A stretch of DNA of 64,000 nt, from NCBI GenBank assembly GCA_044892525.1, contig CM097887.1, forward strand, positions 112,694,397-112,758,396. Reading direction: 5' to 3'. The position numbers and the translations under genes were made by a program. Below, piece after piece: positions 23,970 to 37,214 of this stretch; within the stretch, counting starts at the first letter, position 1, and each line of letters opens with the position of its first letter. The stretch comes from Schmidtea polychroa (lineage: Eukaryota). The notes below the pieces were generated by a model. The model saw only the letters and a list, made by a program, of their open reading frames with translations. It was not told where the DNA came from and searched no databases.

Positions 23970-26900
23970 TCAGTAGAAAGAAGCGAAATGAAGACATGAT
24001 GCAGAAGATGTATGAGACGACTGGCAAAAGAAAGTGGAGTAAGATTGTAATAAACATGACGGCGATTGACATGCTTTGGGACTCTGGAGCGTCAGTATCA
24101 GTTATGAGTGGAAAAAGTTGGACAAAGATCGGGAAACCGAGGTTGAAGCAGAGCACAATTTCTCTTTGTGGAGTATTTTCGACGGGAATGGAAAGACCGT
24201 TAGGAGCAATGACGATAGATGCTGATTGGAATGGGAAAAAAGAATTATTAATGTTATAGTTGTCAAAGATATACGTCCAGATTTCATTGGGGGTGTAGAT
24301 ACAATGGAGAGATTTGGTATTCAACTGGTAGAGGTGGACAATATTGAAGCGTCACAAGTAGGGAGGACATATGTGGACTCACAACAAGAAGAGAAAGCAT
24401 TATTAATGCTTGGAGACAGGAAGAATGAACAGTTAGACATATTGCTACGGAAGTTCAAAGGTATTTTTATGGCTTCAACTTTTGATCTCGGGTTTACGAA
24501 AGTTGTTCAGCATGAAATGAATATAGTAGGTGGGCCTGTAATGTTACAGCCAAGAAGACAACCAATGCATTTAGAACAAAAGCTTGACGAACTTGTCACA
24601 AACTTATTAGAAGCGAGAGTTATTAGAAAATGCAAAAGTGCATGGAACGCGCCACTAGTAATTGTGGCTAAGAAAGATGGATCAATACGGATGTGTGTCG
24701 ACTATAGAGGGTTGAATGCGATCACTGAAAAGATATCTTTGTCAATGCCAGATAGACGATTTCTACTGGATTGTCTGGCAGATTCAAAATATTTCACATC
24801 CATCGATCTAGGTCAAGCATATTATCAAGTTGGAATGGCGAAGGAAATTCAAGAGGTCACGGCTTTCAGTACAAGGCAAGGACAGTTTTGTTTTAACCGA
24901 CTTCCTTTTGGACTAGCAACCGCCCCTGCGACGTTTCAAAGAATGATGCACTCAATGTTGGATGGAATATTATTTAAGGGTGTTGTTGTCTACCTCGACG
25001 ACATTCTTGTCTATGGAAAAGACAAAGAGGAGCACAATAACCGATTAGAGGAAGTATTCAGAAGAATTCAACTAGCGGGGTTGAGAATTAACCCAGAAAA
25101 ATGTAATCTGTATAAAGAAGAATTTACATTCCTAGGGCACACTGTAAGTGCAAGTGGGATCAAAACGAACGACAAGAAGATTAAAGAGATTCAAGATGTA
25201 GAAATACCAGTATGCGCCAAACAATTAAGATCCTTTTCAGGTAACACCAATTACTATAGGAAGTTTATAAAAGACTATGCGAAAATTGCGGAACCTCTAC
25301 ATGCAGCTACGTCCGGCTGTGAGAAAAAGATTAATTGGTCAGAAGATTGCAACAATAGTTTTGAATTACTTAAAACAAAGTTGTGTGAAGCTTCAATTCT
25401 AGATTACCCAAGAATGGATAGAAACTTTATTCTGGATACAGACGCTAGTTTTGGGGCTATCGGAGCAGTTTTATGTCAAGCTAAAGAAGATGGTACTGAA
25501 GTGGTAATTGCATATGGGTCGAGACACTTGACCGCACATGAAAAAGGTTATTGTGTGACTAGGAAGGAGTTACTTGCTATACACGAATATGTAATGTATT
25601 TTAAACAATATCTATACGGAAAGTCATTTGTAGTACGAACGGATCACAAGGCGTTGGTTTTCATGAGATACACAAAAAAACCGATAAGCCCGCAATTTCA
25701 AACCTGGCTAGCCAACCTTTCCGGATATGATTTCGATCTTCAATATAGGAAAGGAGAGGAACATGGAAATGCGGACGGAATATCAAGGATTAAAGGGATG
25801 TTATGTGCACAATGCCAGACTAGACATGAAGACGCAAAAGAAGAAAAAGCCAGAGTAAGACATATCAGCTCATTACAGAAGACTGAGTCGATGACAAAAC
25901 TCTTAGAAAAGCAACAAGATGATGTAGATTTCATTCACATGACAAGAGTGTTACAGGGAGAAGAGAAAAAAGATGACTTGAATAAAAAGAAATTTCCTTT
26001 CAATTTGCATAACAACATAAAATTAGAAGATGGGTTTTTATTATTAGAGAAGAATGGTAAAGATGTCATCCTGGTGCCGATAGACTACTCAAATACGTTA
26101 GTTAAAGGAATACATACTGAAATGTGTCACATTGGAGTAAAGAAATTAATTAGCTATATGAGCAACATATTTTTTTGGCCAAACATGCAAGAAACTATAC
26201 AAAACTGTTTGCGAGTATGTGAGATATGCTGCAGAAGGAAAATAGTGCAGGAGAAGACAAAGGAACGATTGTTGCCGATAATAAGTTCAGAATTTTTAGA
26301 ACAGTTGGTCATTGATATAGCACACATGAAGAATGGTGGAGTGTACAAGTATATGCTAGTTATCATTGATCGTTTTAGCAAAATGGTCAGTCTGACCGCA
26401 CTGGAGAGACAAGACGAGAGATCGATTTTCAAAGCCATATTGGAGAAGTGGATATACCGTTTTGGAAAACCGCGAAATTGTCTGTCAGACAGAGGGAAGA
26501 ACTTCGATAGTGGTTTTATGAAAACAAATCTAGGAAGACTGGGTATTACGCAACAGTTCAGTTCACCATATCAGCATCAATCTAACGGTTTAGTTGAGAG
26601 AACAATACGGACAGTCAGAGACTTGCTGGCGACATCATTAGCAGGTGGACTAGGAGAGCGAAATTGGGCGGAGTTACTTCCTCGAGTAGGATTTTGTATC
26701 AACGTGACACAACAGAGCGCGACGGGATTTTCTCCATTTGAAATTGTTTTTGGGAGGAAGATTAACCTTCATTCAACATTGCCTCAGACGACATTGGATA
26801 CAGTTGAGATATAGATTGGTAAGAGAGAACAGTGAGAAAGCAGCTAAACGAATGAAAGAGATGGAAACAGAGAAGAGAACGAATCGATGTTTCACGGTGG

Positions 26901-27073
26901 GGGAGAAAGTATTAGTTCGGAAAGAACCACAAAATCGCGACAAAGATGGACTACAGTATGAAGGTCCGTTTGTCATATCAAAGTTTTTGTCAGAACACCA
27001 GGTGGAATTGAGTGACGGGACGACAAAGAAACTTAGACGAATTGAATGGCTTAAGAGATGGGCAGTTCCTTAA
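23912..27073 (+). pseudogene. pol: pol (PR-RT-RH-IN, GPF motif) with two single-base frameshifts (~24240, ~26810)
   Basis: LWDSGAS; YLDD; TDASFGAIGAVL; HTEMCH..C..C; IDI/SDRG/NGLVER; EGPFVI. No chromodomain. Confidence 0.95.
23915..23960 (+). promoter_or_regulatory. -1 ribosomal frameshift signal (A_AAA_AAC plus downstream stem-loop)
   Basis: Heptamer at 23915-21 is in the gag frame, the -1 frame is open from 23912 into the protease, and CGATCCCATT/AGTGGGGTCG pairs 5 nt downstream. Confidence 0.75.
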
Positions 27074-27083
27074 AGAAGGGGAG
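27072..27083 (+). promoter_or_regulatory. Polypurine tract
   Basis: AAAGAAGGGGAG immediately before the 3' LTR. Confidence 0.9.
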
Positions 27084-27195
27084 AGTTATGTAAAGTTTTT
27101 AAATAATATTCGTTGTAGCGTGTTTTTGAAAAATATATTTTATTGAATTATTATTGATTTATTTTATGAATTTAGAAGTTGAAGACATCATAACT
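27084..27195 (+). repeat. 3' LTR (112 bp)
   Basis: Matches 22637-22751. Confidence 0.95.
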
Positions 27196-27362
27196 AAGAT
27201 AACTAAAACAAATGTTTTATAAAATATATTGCAGAGAGGGCTTGTACTGAAAAATTGCACCGGGGACCCGGCCTGGCTCTTGACGACCCTGGTTACAGGT
27301 AAGCCACATTTTATCCTTTGGTGCTGTTTCCAGATTAACCCAGAATACAGAATGTTGTACCG

Positions 27363-27499
27363 CTCGATACCCTTTGAGTAATCAGCGTTGGAACTATATC
27401 GAGTCGATGAGTACCAGCGAAAAGTGAGTATTCCTTTGTATACTATAATCGACAAGTACTCAAGTGGTTTTGTGGACTACAGATAGAAGGCATGAGTAC
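27363..27499 (-). ncRNA. Conserved structured RNA motif, divergent copy E
   Basis: Reverse complement reads CCTTCTATC...ACTCAC...CTCGATAT-AGTTCCAA-CG..-G-GTATCGAG. Confidence 0.5.
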
Positions 27500-27617
27500 A
27501 CTTTAATTAGGTCCCTGCTACACTAATCGTTTCGACGGACAAAATTAAATGTGAAACCCTTAGATATATTTATTCCGAAGATATTGACATGATCACATAA
27601 CGATTTAAAATTGTTCT

Positions 27618-27995
27618 TTAGTCAGAAGAGATCTGCGACACACCTTGAGACAAGCAGGGACGCTTCTTTTTCTGGGTGGCTGATCGCAGTTTGGCGATAT
27701 CCATCATCTCTGTCACCACTGGTGAAATTTGCTTGGTCAGCTCTTGGTCAGTGGAATGTTGGTGTACCTGGTTCTCCAGCCGTTGCACGTTTAGCCGAAG
27801 AGCCTTCATCTCGATTTAATCATGCGCACTCTGGAGTTGAAGTTGTATGATCTGTTTCAGCTTCTTCTGCCTCTCTGTGGGACTAAGCAACGTGCTCTCA
27901 ATCTCTCTGCACCGTCCTCTGAACTTGATAATCCAGCGCCGTAGCTGCCCCACTTGTTTAAGCGAAGCCTCTTTATTGGACCTACAGTTTTCCAT
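27618..27995 (-). pseudogene. Short divergent member of the repeated coiled-coil ORF family, one internal stop
   Basis: MENC...IIKFRGRCREIESTLLSPTERQKKL aligns with IGRYKKKIDELEGTWFTPAQMKETQKKL; CTTTCAG acceptor 12 nt upstream; KKKRP near the end. Confidence 0.55.
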
Positions 27996-28634
27996 TAATT
28001 AGATCACTGAAAGATAAAAGAAAACTTTAATTTGTAAAGGTGTACATCTGTCACTGAATTAATTCTAAAATAAGATACGTCATATTCACGATAACTCATG
28101 TATTCCTTTCGTCTGTTTACTGGGTTATGTGTTCATGTTGTGTTTTAGTGAATTTTATACGCAAAACTTCTTGCTTTTGTTAAATTTTTCTTTTAATTTG
28201 TCATTATTACTTTTGTTTAGTTGGTGCTTTACTCTTCTTTATTTTAACTTTACTTAGTGCTAGGTAAGCATGTTGTGTACCAATACATTTCGTCACGGTA
28301 TCTTTACTTGAGCCTTAACTCAGTGTTTGCCAAACAGACCATGCCTAAACACAAATTTTATATTTAAAATGTGTCTGGTAGATACTCCAAGTCCTGGGGT
28401 GTTTAATTATTTACTTACAATTTAGCTACTGGTTTTAAAATTATTGAGATGAATCTATCGAACCTACTTTTTCTAGAGAAAATATATATTAAAAAATACC
28501 CTATTACAAACATGTTTTATACTTATGAAGGATTGACAAATATAAAACATTGATAAAAATTGATAAAATTTTGATAAAAATTGTAACTAATTTATTTTCA
28601 AAAATTACCTAACACTGAAAGTTGTATATTAGAC

Positions 28635-29380
28635 CAGGTGTATCAAACTTAGAAGGTACCAAGGGCCGCATAAGGTAATTTAAGTACACTGTGGGTCACA
28701 TAAAAAACATAAGAGGCACTGTAACATTTTGTATTATATTTAATTTGCATACATACTACATAAACCTATTGCCTCTTAACGCTAAATTTAATAATTCTGA
28801 TTGAAATTTTGAAGGATGGCATGAAAAAGAAATTTTTATTATTAATTACAAATACAATTATTCTTGCCCTGGGGTTTGATGCCTCTTTTTCATAAAAATT
28901 GTTGTTATATTCGGCTTAAATAAAAAAAAGATGAAAATAATTATCATTAAGCTTTGCTCTTTCGGATGTTTTGGTTAATTTCATAAATGAAAATAACTGT
29001 TCGCACAAATAAGTGGAACCGAAAATTACCACAAATTTTAGGGGAAATGTTTTTAAGTTAGGATAACGTTTGGGGAGGTATGAATAAAAAACAGGTATCC
29101 TAACTTTTAGATACTTAACTCTGAGAGTAGAATCTGATTGTATTTCAATTAACTCCATCTGCCAGTTTTCTTCTGCTTTTACAACATCAAAGTTAAATGA
29201 TGCCGAGAATAATGAAAAATTTTTATCCAAATTTTCACGTGACAATAAGTTTTCCATAAGTTTAGTTTTGCAATGAAGCATTTGATATCATCGTACAATT
29301 GAGTGATGAGTTTGTTTTTGCCTTGTAATTTAGAATAAATCACTTAAATTTGCAGTAATGTCCACAGAATATGCTAGATC
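28635..29380 (-). mobile_element. hAT (SPIN-like) 3' fragment
   Basis: FGSTYLCEQLFSFMKLTKT dimerisation motif; CAGGTGTATCAAACT terminus. Confidence 0.8.
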
Positions 29381-30044
29381 CCAATTAAACCAAAGGCAAA
29401 ATTAACGATAAATCAGAACAGAAACCACAATTACCGAGGGTGTGAAGCCAGAGCATCAATATCCGTTGAGATTGCGGGTTGTTAGATGGACATTATTCCA
29501 GTCTATGGCGATGGAGATAGACTATCTGCATTTTATCAGAACCTATTAAGGATTTCATATATTCACAACATGCGATAATAAGACACGGTTTAGTTTCACT
29601 TTGTATTAGGATTACGAGATAACACGTGAACTAAACTACGAAAACAAAAAATGGTTTCTTGATGACTTCAAAGCTCAGGCAAACTATAAATTACATGTAG
29701 TCGTATTCCAGTTTTTGTGGAATATTTGGGCTACTTTCCTAGTGTCATATTGGATACTTATGCTGAGGTTCTCAAATCTGAACTTGATGGTTATTATATA
29801 AATAAGAACACAAACACTGTTTCAAAAACTTTATTTACCCTTTGCTATATAACCCTACTTGCTATGCACTGAGATCTTTGTAGGGATTCCGCCTATTTGG
29901 TGGTCTTCTTAGTTGTTCCTATCAATATTATAACCATCTCAACCTTCACCAGATCCGTCTAATATATATTATAATAAGTATTTATTATCGCTATAAACCT
30001 CACAAAGGAGCCTTAATGCTCCAAAAAAGCTTACATTTATTTAG

Positions 30045-30356
30045 ACCAAACAGAATCAACCCCCACAAAGACTTGCCGCCTCCAATGGAACCAATACTGA
30101 CATACCAAACGGTCAAACACCTGAACCTGCAAATCCCATCACAACTTCATCATTCAATCCAATCTCCAATCCAATCAATCCATCCTTTGACATTTTATGT
30201 ACCAAACAGAATCAACCCCCACAAAGACTTGCCGCCTCCAATGGAACCAATACTGACATATCAACGGTCAAACACCTGAACCTGCAAATCCCATCACAAC
30301 TTCATCATTCAATCCAATCTCCAATCAATTCAATCCATCCTCCGACATTTTTTGTG
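30045..30356 (+). repeat. 156 bp tandem duplication (2 copies)
   Basis: ACCAAACAGAATCAACCCCCACAAAGAC... at 30045 and 30201; near-identical, with a 1 nt deletion in copy 2. Confidence 0.95.
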
Positions 30357-31214
30357 TATTATCCTCTTTGGTTTTGTGTTGTCTACGAATATCTCACCAC
30401 CACTATTGTCTAACTATTACTGAGCAATATATCTATATTTATATATGTACCCCTCCCAAAGCATTACCTTATTTATAATCCAATTATCTATAATACAACC
30501 CAACAATAAGGACCCTCAGTAACGAATCAATCCAAAAGACGTTTAACAAATACTCAAAGAAACAGCTCTAGAAAAAATCAAGGGTTGAGAATCAACCCCA
30601 CAATTACTATGCTTGATGCTGGCATACCTATGCTGACATCCAAAGAATGACAAACTAGAAACTGCAAAACTACAATGACGAGAATCAATCTCTCCTTAGG
30701 TCATGTGGCCACTTGAAAATTTAACTAAAATAAAATTTTATTTTTTATTTTTTTTTGTTAGTTATGTAATTTGTATACTCGAAATTATATTGCAATATCA
30801 ATTTCTGAATTTGCAACACATCAACTTACATGTGTGTTGGAAATTCATTAGCAGTTTATTATACGAATTTATAATTGGTTTCAAAATATTATAAAAAGAA
30901 GAACCACACGAAAATACCACTAGCAATGTCTATAATAAAACATACACACAAACAAGCGAATAAAATGTACCAAAATCAGAAAATATAATTATTTTTTGGA
31001 AATTTTTGATAAAAAAGAAAATTAATTTTAATAACATTTAAAATCTTGATATTAATTATTAATAATTAAAAATCACTTACATGATTTTCCCAATAAATAA
31101 AACAATTTGAAAATCTTCAATAATTATCAGCAAATCATGTAATAAATTTTTGATAAATTTTAAATAAATAAAACAATCCGAAAATCTTCAATAATTATCA
31201 TTAAATCATTTAAT

Positions 31215-31380
31215 AAATTTATAATCATTTTCTTGAATAGTGCTGTAGCTCCTCATCTTTTCTTCTTTCGTCGACCATGGAAAAATTGTTGGCATATAAT
31301 CAATGTGACAGGATTCAAGATTTGGTTTTCCAATAGCAAAATGGGCCTTTCTAAACACCCATAACCAGCAATAATCGAAT
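31215..31380 (-). pseudogene. THAP-domain-like fragment among short-intron signals
   Basis: KAHFAIGKPNLESCHIDYMPTIFPW resembles the HF...DY.P.IF end of THAP fingers; GTAAGT/GTGAGT donors on the minus strand at ~31080 and ~31490. Confidence 0.35.
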
Positions 31381-33824
31381 ATTTCATTTTAATATCTTAT
31401 AATTTAATATATAATAATTAATTTAATATTAATAATATTTAGTTAATAATTTCAAAATTTTTAATTTATTTAAGTAAAAAGTAAACTCACCGAATAAAAA
31501 ATTTGTACATTTAGTTTTCTTCATTTAACCCCAAAAATCGCTAAAAAATTAATTAATTACTTTTATTCTAAATTTCAATTATTAATTTCATTAAAAGTTA
31601 CTGTAAGAACAGGAATGAGATTCAAAGTTCTAATTGATTTCCCCATATTTGGTTTCAATTTATTATCATTTATAAACTTTGGTCTATAGATCTTAGAAAA
31701 TGTGGGATGACATTCTATTTGTCAAGGAAGAAGTTTTACTTTCAATAAACATTTCAAAATTTCATTAACCCTTTCCTGAATGAGAAGAGGATGAGATTCT
31801 ATTTCGTATTCTCTTTTTAGTCATTCCAATTTTACTTTCTTTTCAAATTCGAGGTAAGGAAACTAAGTTTGACAAACATTAATAATAAAAAACAGAAATT
31901 CTCATATTGGCAGATTGAATTTCATTTAAATTTTTCCTTTTAATCAACAAAATTATATATTAGGTGAAAGTTTAATTAAAAATTAAGCAATATATTTCTC
32001 TTTTTCACTGCCATTGTCTAGCATTAACTATAAGTAAAATTTCTTAATAGAATAATTTTAAGATAAACCTACATAATAATGAAATGAAATAAAAAAAATA
32101 ACAAAAATTAATTATTACCTTGCCTTCTCACAGAAATAAAGGTTGTGATGAAAGTATTGGGAACAATTAAAATGTCTATTATGTTTCTACTACTTTAGTC
32201 ATTCCAATTTTACTTTCTTTTCGAAGTTGCAGAATAAAGTTGGCATTGAGAATGGTAATCGAATAATTGGAGTTTATTATAAATACAAAAGCCAACGAGA
32301 GAGAGAGAGCCTGCCTATCAAACAGCAGGGAGAAATCTATTGAAGAGAATGAGTTGCTGTGTATGATATTATTCCTTCCCGTTGATAGCAAAAAGCACAT
32401 TTTCAGGCACCTAAAATACCGAATCAGAGGAGAGATTTGGTAATGTGTCGGTCAGGCTACTCTCGAGTAGGCAGAGAGTGTGTTTGTGTGCACCAGTTAC
32501 ACCCAATTCCGAAATTGAGTAACCTCTATAATTTACGTTGGTGTGCACACCAGTTGAGTGAGTCACCATTTACGTGAAAATGAAGTTACTCAATTTCATT
32601 TATTCAATAATTTATTAGCAACAAAAATGGTTTTCAGGTAATTTCTTTAATTTCAAGTATATTTTAAGACTTGAATTTTGATCTTATATAATTATGAGAT
32701 CATTATTCAAGTTCTTAAATATTACTGTTAGTCATCATTTATAATATAATATTAATAATTAAATTTCAGGTGTTTTTTAGGAAATTAATGATATTTTATG
32801 CAGTAATATGGAATTATTTCGCTAAAATGTAAGTTAGATATTTTTATATTTATAAATAAATAAAATTAATCACCAAACACATTTATTTTTTTAAGACATT
32901 TAGGGAAAAATCGGCGTACATGAACGAAATAATTTTTTAAATTTTTATAATCTTCTTTCTGCAACTCATTTTCGATGGCTTTTTTCTTTCTGTAAATCAA
33001 AAGATCCCGAAGGACCTTCAATATTTGAAATGCTGCCTTCACACATACTATAAAATATTTTAATAGTTTGTAATTTAATGAATAAAACTTACATTGTATT
33101 TTCTTCTTTTAACCTAAAGCTCAAGGTAGAGCTGTCGGAATCTAAATTAAAATTATTTTCTTCCATTTTTTAATAATTTTAAAATAATTATATTTTAACA
33201 ATATATTAACAGTTATTTGATTCGGAAAAAAAACCTATATAAGAATTTTGCATGTATTTTTCATCATGTGTTTTGTGTTGAGTTATTTTTTCTCACCTTC
33301 ACAAAACCTACAATAAAGTTATTAAATTTCGGAATGATAAATTTCTACACACAGGTAAGTTTGTGTGTTCCTATAATATATATTTATTGATTTTTTTTAG
33401 ATTATAGAAGTTATTAAATTTCGGAATTAGGTGTATGTATAATACACACAAATACACACAAATGCACAGACGCAATAAATGTACGATGGTGAATAATTTT
33501 TTAAATGCTCAGTTGACTACTACTCGATTAATAGGAAATTTTTTTACCGCTTGTGTGTTTGGAAGGGGGTAAAAAAAACTCATAACTTGATGAGGATTAC
33601 ATGTAATATGCGTTTAGACTCACTCAAAAAGTTTCGACAAATTTCGAGATATTAATATCGGAATTCTCAGCCGAATTGTCTGAAATTATGTTGACAAAAT
33701 AAGATCGCAATCGTTCCTAATATGTCGTAGATAATTTTGACTGTGTTCGTGGCAACACATTGCGCTACATTGACGGAATACTTGAAATTGACCTTGGTGG
33801 CGATTTCTATTATGAACTATAGTG

Positions 33825-34080
33825 AGTAGTAGGATGTGTCACCTCCAGGACATGTCACATCCAGGACACTCCCTACCCCCCAAAGGTCAAGGTCAATTTT
33901 TTTAAGTTCAAGGTCAATTTCTTTTTTCCCCCTTGAATACATCAACTCAAATTTAACAAGGTTAGTCACACAAATCGAATTGTGAAATCAAACAAATCCA
34001 TTTAATAAAAATTAAAATCATCGACATACACAACCGCCGCTTGCTCGCCCGCCCGCTCCGAAGGGGCTGTCGCGGTAGTT
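33825..34080. mobile_element. Possible Polinton/Maverick terminal region
   Basis: Begins AGTAGTAG (Polinton-type terminus), contains GGTCAAGGTCA repeats and a GC-rich patch, 1.2 kb from a pPolB fragment. No partner TIR in the window. Confidence 0.35.
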
Positions 34081-34455
34081 TGTAAATTTGGTTTAGTTTG
34101 AATATTATTATTTGAAACATAGTTTTATTATTTACAATATTCAAAGTATTAATAACAAAGATAAAGAAATAAATGTTTATTAAATGTATATAGTATGATA
34201 CTCATTAATATACATTGAACATGCTTTACATTTGTGAACATTTTAAATTTGAATTTTAAGGATTACCTTCGATAGATTATATTGAATAATGGTTCATTAA
34301 AAAGGTCTTGAAGAGCTCTATCCAATGGTTATATATTTGAAGATATAATGTTTGTACACAATATAGTAAGTATTATTATTTTTATTATTATTTTTATTAA
34401 CAAACTACATCCTAATAAAATACTCATAATAAAACACATCAAATTATTAAAAAAA

Positions 34456-34602
34456 ACATGATATTATTACCTGTATTTTCGTTCACTATACAAAACAATT
34501 CAACACATGATATTATTACATGTATTTCCGTTCACTATACAAAACAATTCAACACATGATTTTATTACCTGCATTTCCGTTCACTATACAATACAATTCA
34601 AC
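34456..34602 (+). repeat. 49 bp tandem repeat x3
   Basis: ACATGATATTATTACCTGTATTTTCGTTCACTATACAAAACAATTCAAC units at 34456, 34505, 34554. Confidence 0.95.
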
Positions 34603-35218
34603 AAAAAAAATATTTGAAATAAAAGTTGAGAATGAAGGTTAAATTTTATAAAACAAGGTTAAATGAATTTCTACATCTAAGCTCTAATTTGTCTGCAGTA
34701 GAAAAATATGGAAAGTAATTATTTTGTAAATACCAACTTAGGAAAATTAAAACAAACCGAAATAAAAATGCATTATTCAAAACGATAAAATAGAAAATAA
34801 TTATTTTCTGTATTTTTATTCCCATCTTTTCACTTTAACACGATTGCAGATCTGATAAGGCGAGGGTCATTGATGACTACCTACAATCTTGGCCATCGAT
34901 GGACATCTATTTAACTTTTGGTGGCCAACTGTAAACGGGTTCTTATTTTTAAAAATTTTTTAAAAAATGCTATAAAAATAAAATATTTTATTCTCATACA
35001 AATAAATTCATTATTTTAAAAGAAATTTTGTCAAATATCAATAAATTAAAGATAAAATATAATTTCTCATAATTTTATTTGAATAATAATCAAAAGATCC
35101 AAAAAGTGAAAAATTGCTAATGATGCAAAGGTGGCACAATAATGACTGGCTAATCGGCATGATAAAGAACGTAATCAGTTACACTGCCCAGAAATGTTCG
35201 CCTTAATAAACCTTCTCC

Positions 35219-35975
35219 TCAATTTGCCATTAGTATGATATCAGCCCGATGGTCGTGACAGACAGAGATTATGCATTCTCCATCAGCAAAAGGAAGATTT
35301 TGGCTAAGAGCCCAACCATACAGATTATTTATATCAATATATAGTAATTCTGTATTATCAGAAGCAGCAACGTAATGTTTGTTAACAAATGTTAACCCAC
35401 CACGTATTCCTCCTTCGTAAAAATTGAACATTTCCATGTCCTGTAAAAGTTCTATAGGCTCAGTTAATGTCATAAGCGCTGAGGCCCATGACATACCCGG
35501 AATACCATAAAAGTTTAGAGGTTCTAGACCATTGTATGCAATGGCCTTGGCACGGAATTGTTGGAAATAGTCCGCAATGAGGAATACATCCAATTTTTGA
35601 TAAGTTAACATATAGTCAGCCAATTTAGTACAACGTTGTTGAGTCCAAATAAGTTGAGCCTTAGCATACTCATCTTCAGTAACACCAGACCAAATAGGAG
35701 GCAATTCATAAGTGGTTTCAAGTACATCCAAATCAGTCGCATAATCATAAGGAAATATGGCTTTAGCATCTATTATTAGCCTATCAAAAACCAACGAAGT
35801 CAAAGGAAGATCAGTTAGAGTTTTTACAGCCTTAGCCAAAGAACAATTAACAAATTGCATGCTGTCGATAAAACGAACAGCTAATTTTTTAATGTGAACA
35901 ATCATGAAAAGTTTGACAAACGAACTCAAGAATTTGGAAAGGCTTGTGGTGCTTCGCGTTTTCTTTAGCAGATAC
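35219..35975 (-). pseudogene. Protein-primed family B DNA polymerase fragment (Polinton/Maverick type)
   Basis: RFIDSMQF..SL..V..L; LDV.LIADYF..FR; LEPLNFYGIPGMSWA; IELLQD....EGGIRGG; LYIDINNLYGWALSQNLP. Truncated on both sides. Confidence 0.9.
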
Positions 35976-35989
35976 TTCAACATTTTAAA

Positions 35990-37214
35990 CGACAGCGGGG
36001 GAGATAAAGACAATAAAGACGACAATAATGACGAGAGAGACCGAAATGGGAATAAAGAGGAAAAGAAATCAGAGGAGAATAATCAAAGGAATAACGACTC
36101 AAGTACAGAAAAGGAGGAGAACACCCACGGAAACCGAACAAAAGAAGAAAAATCAAACAATGGAAAACAGAGGGTATGCCTACCTTTTACCAACAAGGAA
36201 ATAGAGACAAATATAATATTAATGATAATTGTACTGACCATGATAGAGTTAGTAACAGCCCACGGAGGAACGAGAACGATAAAGGAAACTAAGGTAGCCG
36301 AAAATCAGGACAGTAAAGAGGAAGAATTAAAACAAGAAAAGAAAAAGCAAGTACAAGAGCAACAGTGGGAATTAAAAGAAGAATGGGGCCTAAAGGAAAA
36401 GTGCATACTAGGAAGATGTATGTCTAGAGCGTATCAGAGATTAGTACTGATAAACGAGGACACAGAACCGATAACAGAAGTAAGAATACAAGAAGCATAC
36501 CGAAATCGAGACGGGAAAAGAATAACGAACGTGAAAGGAAAAGAGGTGCACCTAGGAAAAGGAGGTGAAGTAGTAATAACACAGCTCCAACCAAGAAAAG
36601 AACACAAAGTCTGTATTTCAAGATTAGGACCGGGTGAAAAATGCCATCAATATGTGACACAACAACAACCCCCAAAAAAATACACGGTTTGTCCCTGGAG
36701 GAACGAATCAAAAAGGGAATGCCGACGATACCCGGGGAAAAGAGGGAAGAAAAGAAAAAACAACGACGAAAAGGACGAAGGAGGAAAACACAAGAAAACC
36801 GGCGAGGAAGCTCAGGACAACTATGTTTCGGAGGAAGAGATGGAAAAAATACAAAAGATGGCAAAGGAGGGTATGAACGAGGAAATAGCAAGAATGCGAG
36901 AGATGATGAAAGGAAATGGGAAAAGAGGAAACGAGAAAAGTACAGAAGCGATATCAACATTAACAAACGAGGAAAAACCAGAGAGTATAAGCGTAAAGCA
37001 GATGATGTGGATCAGTGGGATAATAATAACAGGGGCATTTCTAATCATAACGGGGGGAACAATAAAAATAATTAAAGATAAACGACATCGCGGAGAACTG
37101 GAGATGACCCGAATCAGAAATTTCCAACATCGAGTGAAACGACCAAGTGATATCAAACAAGAACAGTGGGTGGAGGCCTGGAACGCTCAGCGCCCTCCAA
37201 ACTCACGTATATAG
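35990..37214 (+). CDS. Charged leader, signal/TM segment, FN3-like domain, charged stalk, TM, tail (5' end lost at the junction)
   Basis: IILMIIVLTMIELVTA; GGEVVITQLQPRKEHKVCIS...KCHQYVT; TM MMWISGIIITGAFLIITGGTI. Confidence 0.65.

Larger units (their letters stand above)
22637..27195 (+). mobile_element. Near-intact compact Ty3/gypsy LTR retrotransposon (4559 bp)
   Basis: Two LTRs identical except a 3 bp indel, AAGAT 5 bp TSD (22632-36, 27196-200), PBS, PPT, gag and pol. Confidence 0.97.
22481..27291. mobile_element. Probable small hAT-type MITE split by the 4.56 kb gypsy element
   Basis: 8 bp GTTACAGG at 22473-80 and 27292-99; GC-rich right end ...CTCTTGACGACCCTG; left TIR degenerate. Confidence 0.4.

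Noticed and set aside
32600-33450. Chain of short GT-AG intron-like signals on the plus strand
   Set aside because: I could not assemble a credible spliced ORF or recognise a domain; used only as evidence of eukaryotic origin.
35904-35990. N-terminus of ORF-track ORF 35904-37214
   Set aside because: It is the antisense of the pPolB fragment joined by chance across the junction, not part of the membrane protein.
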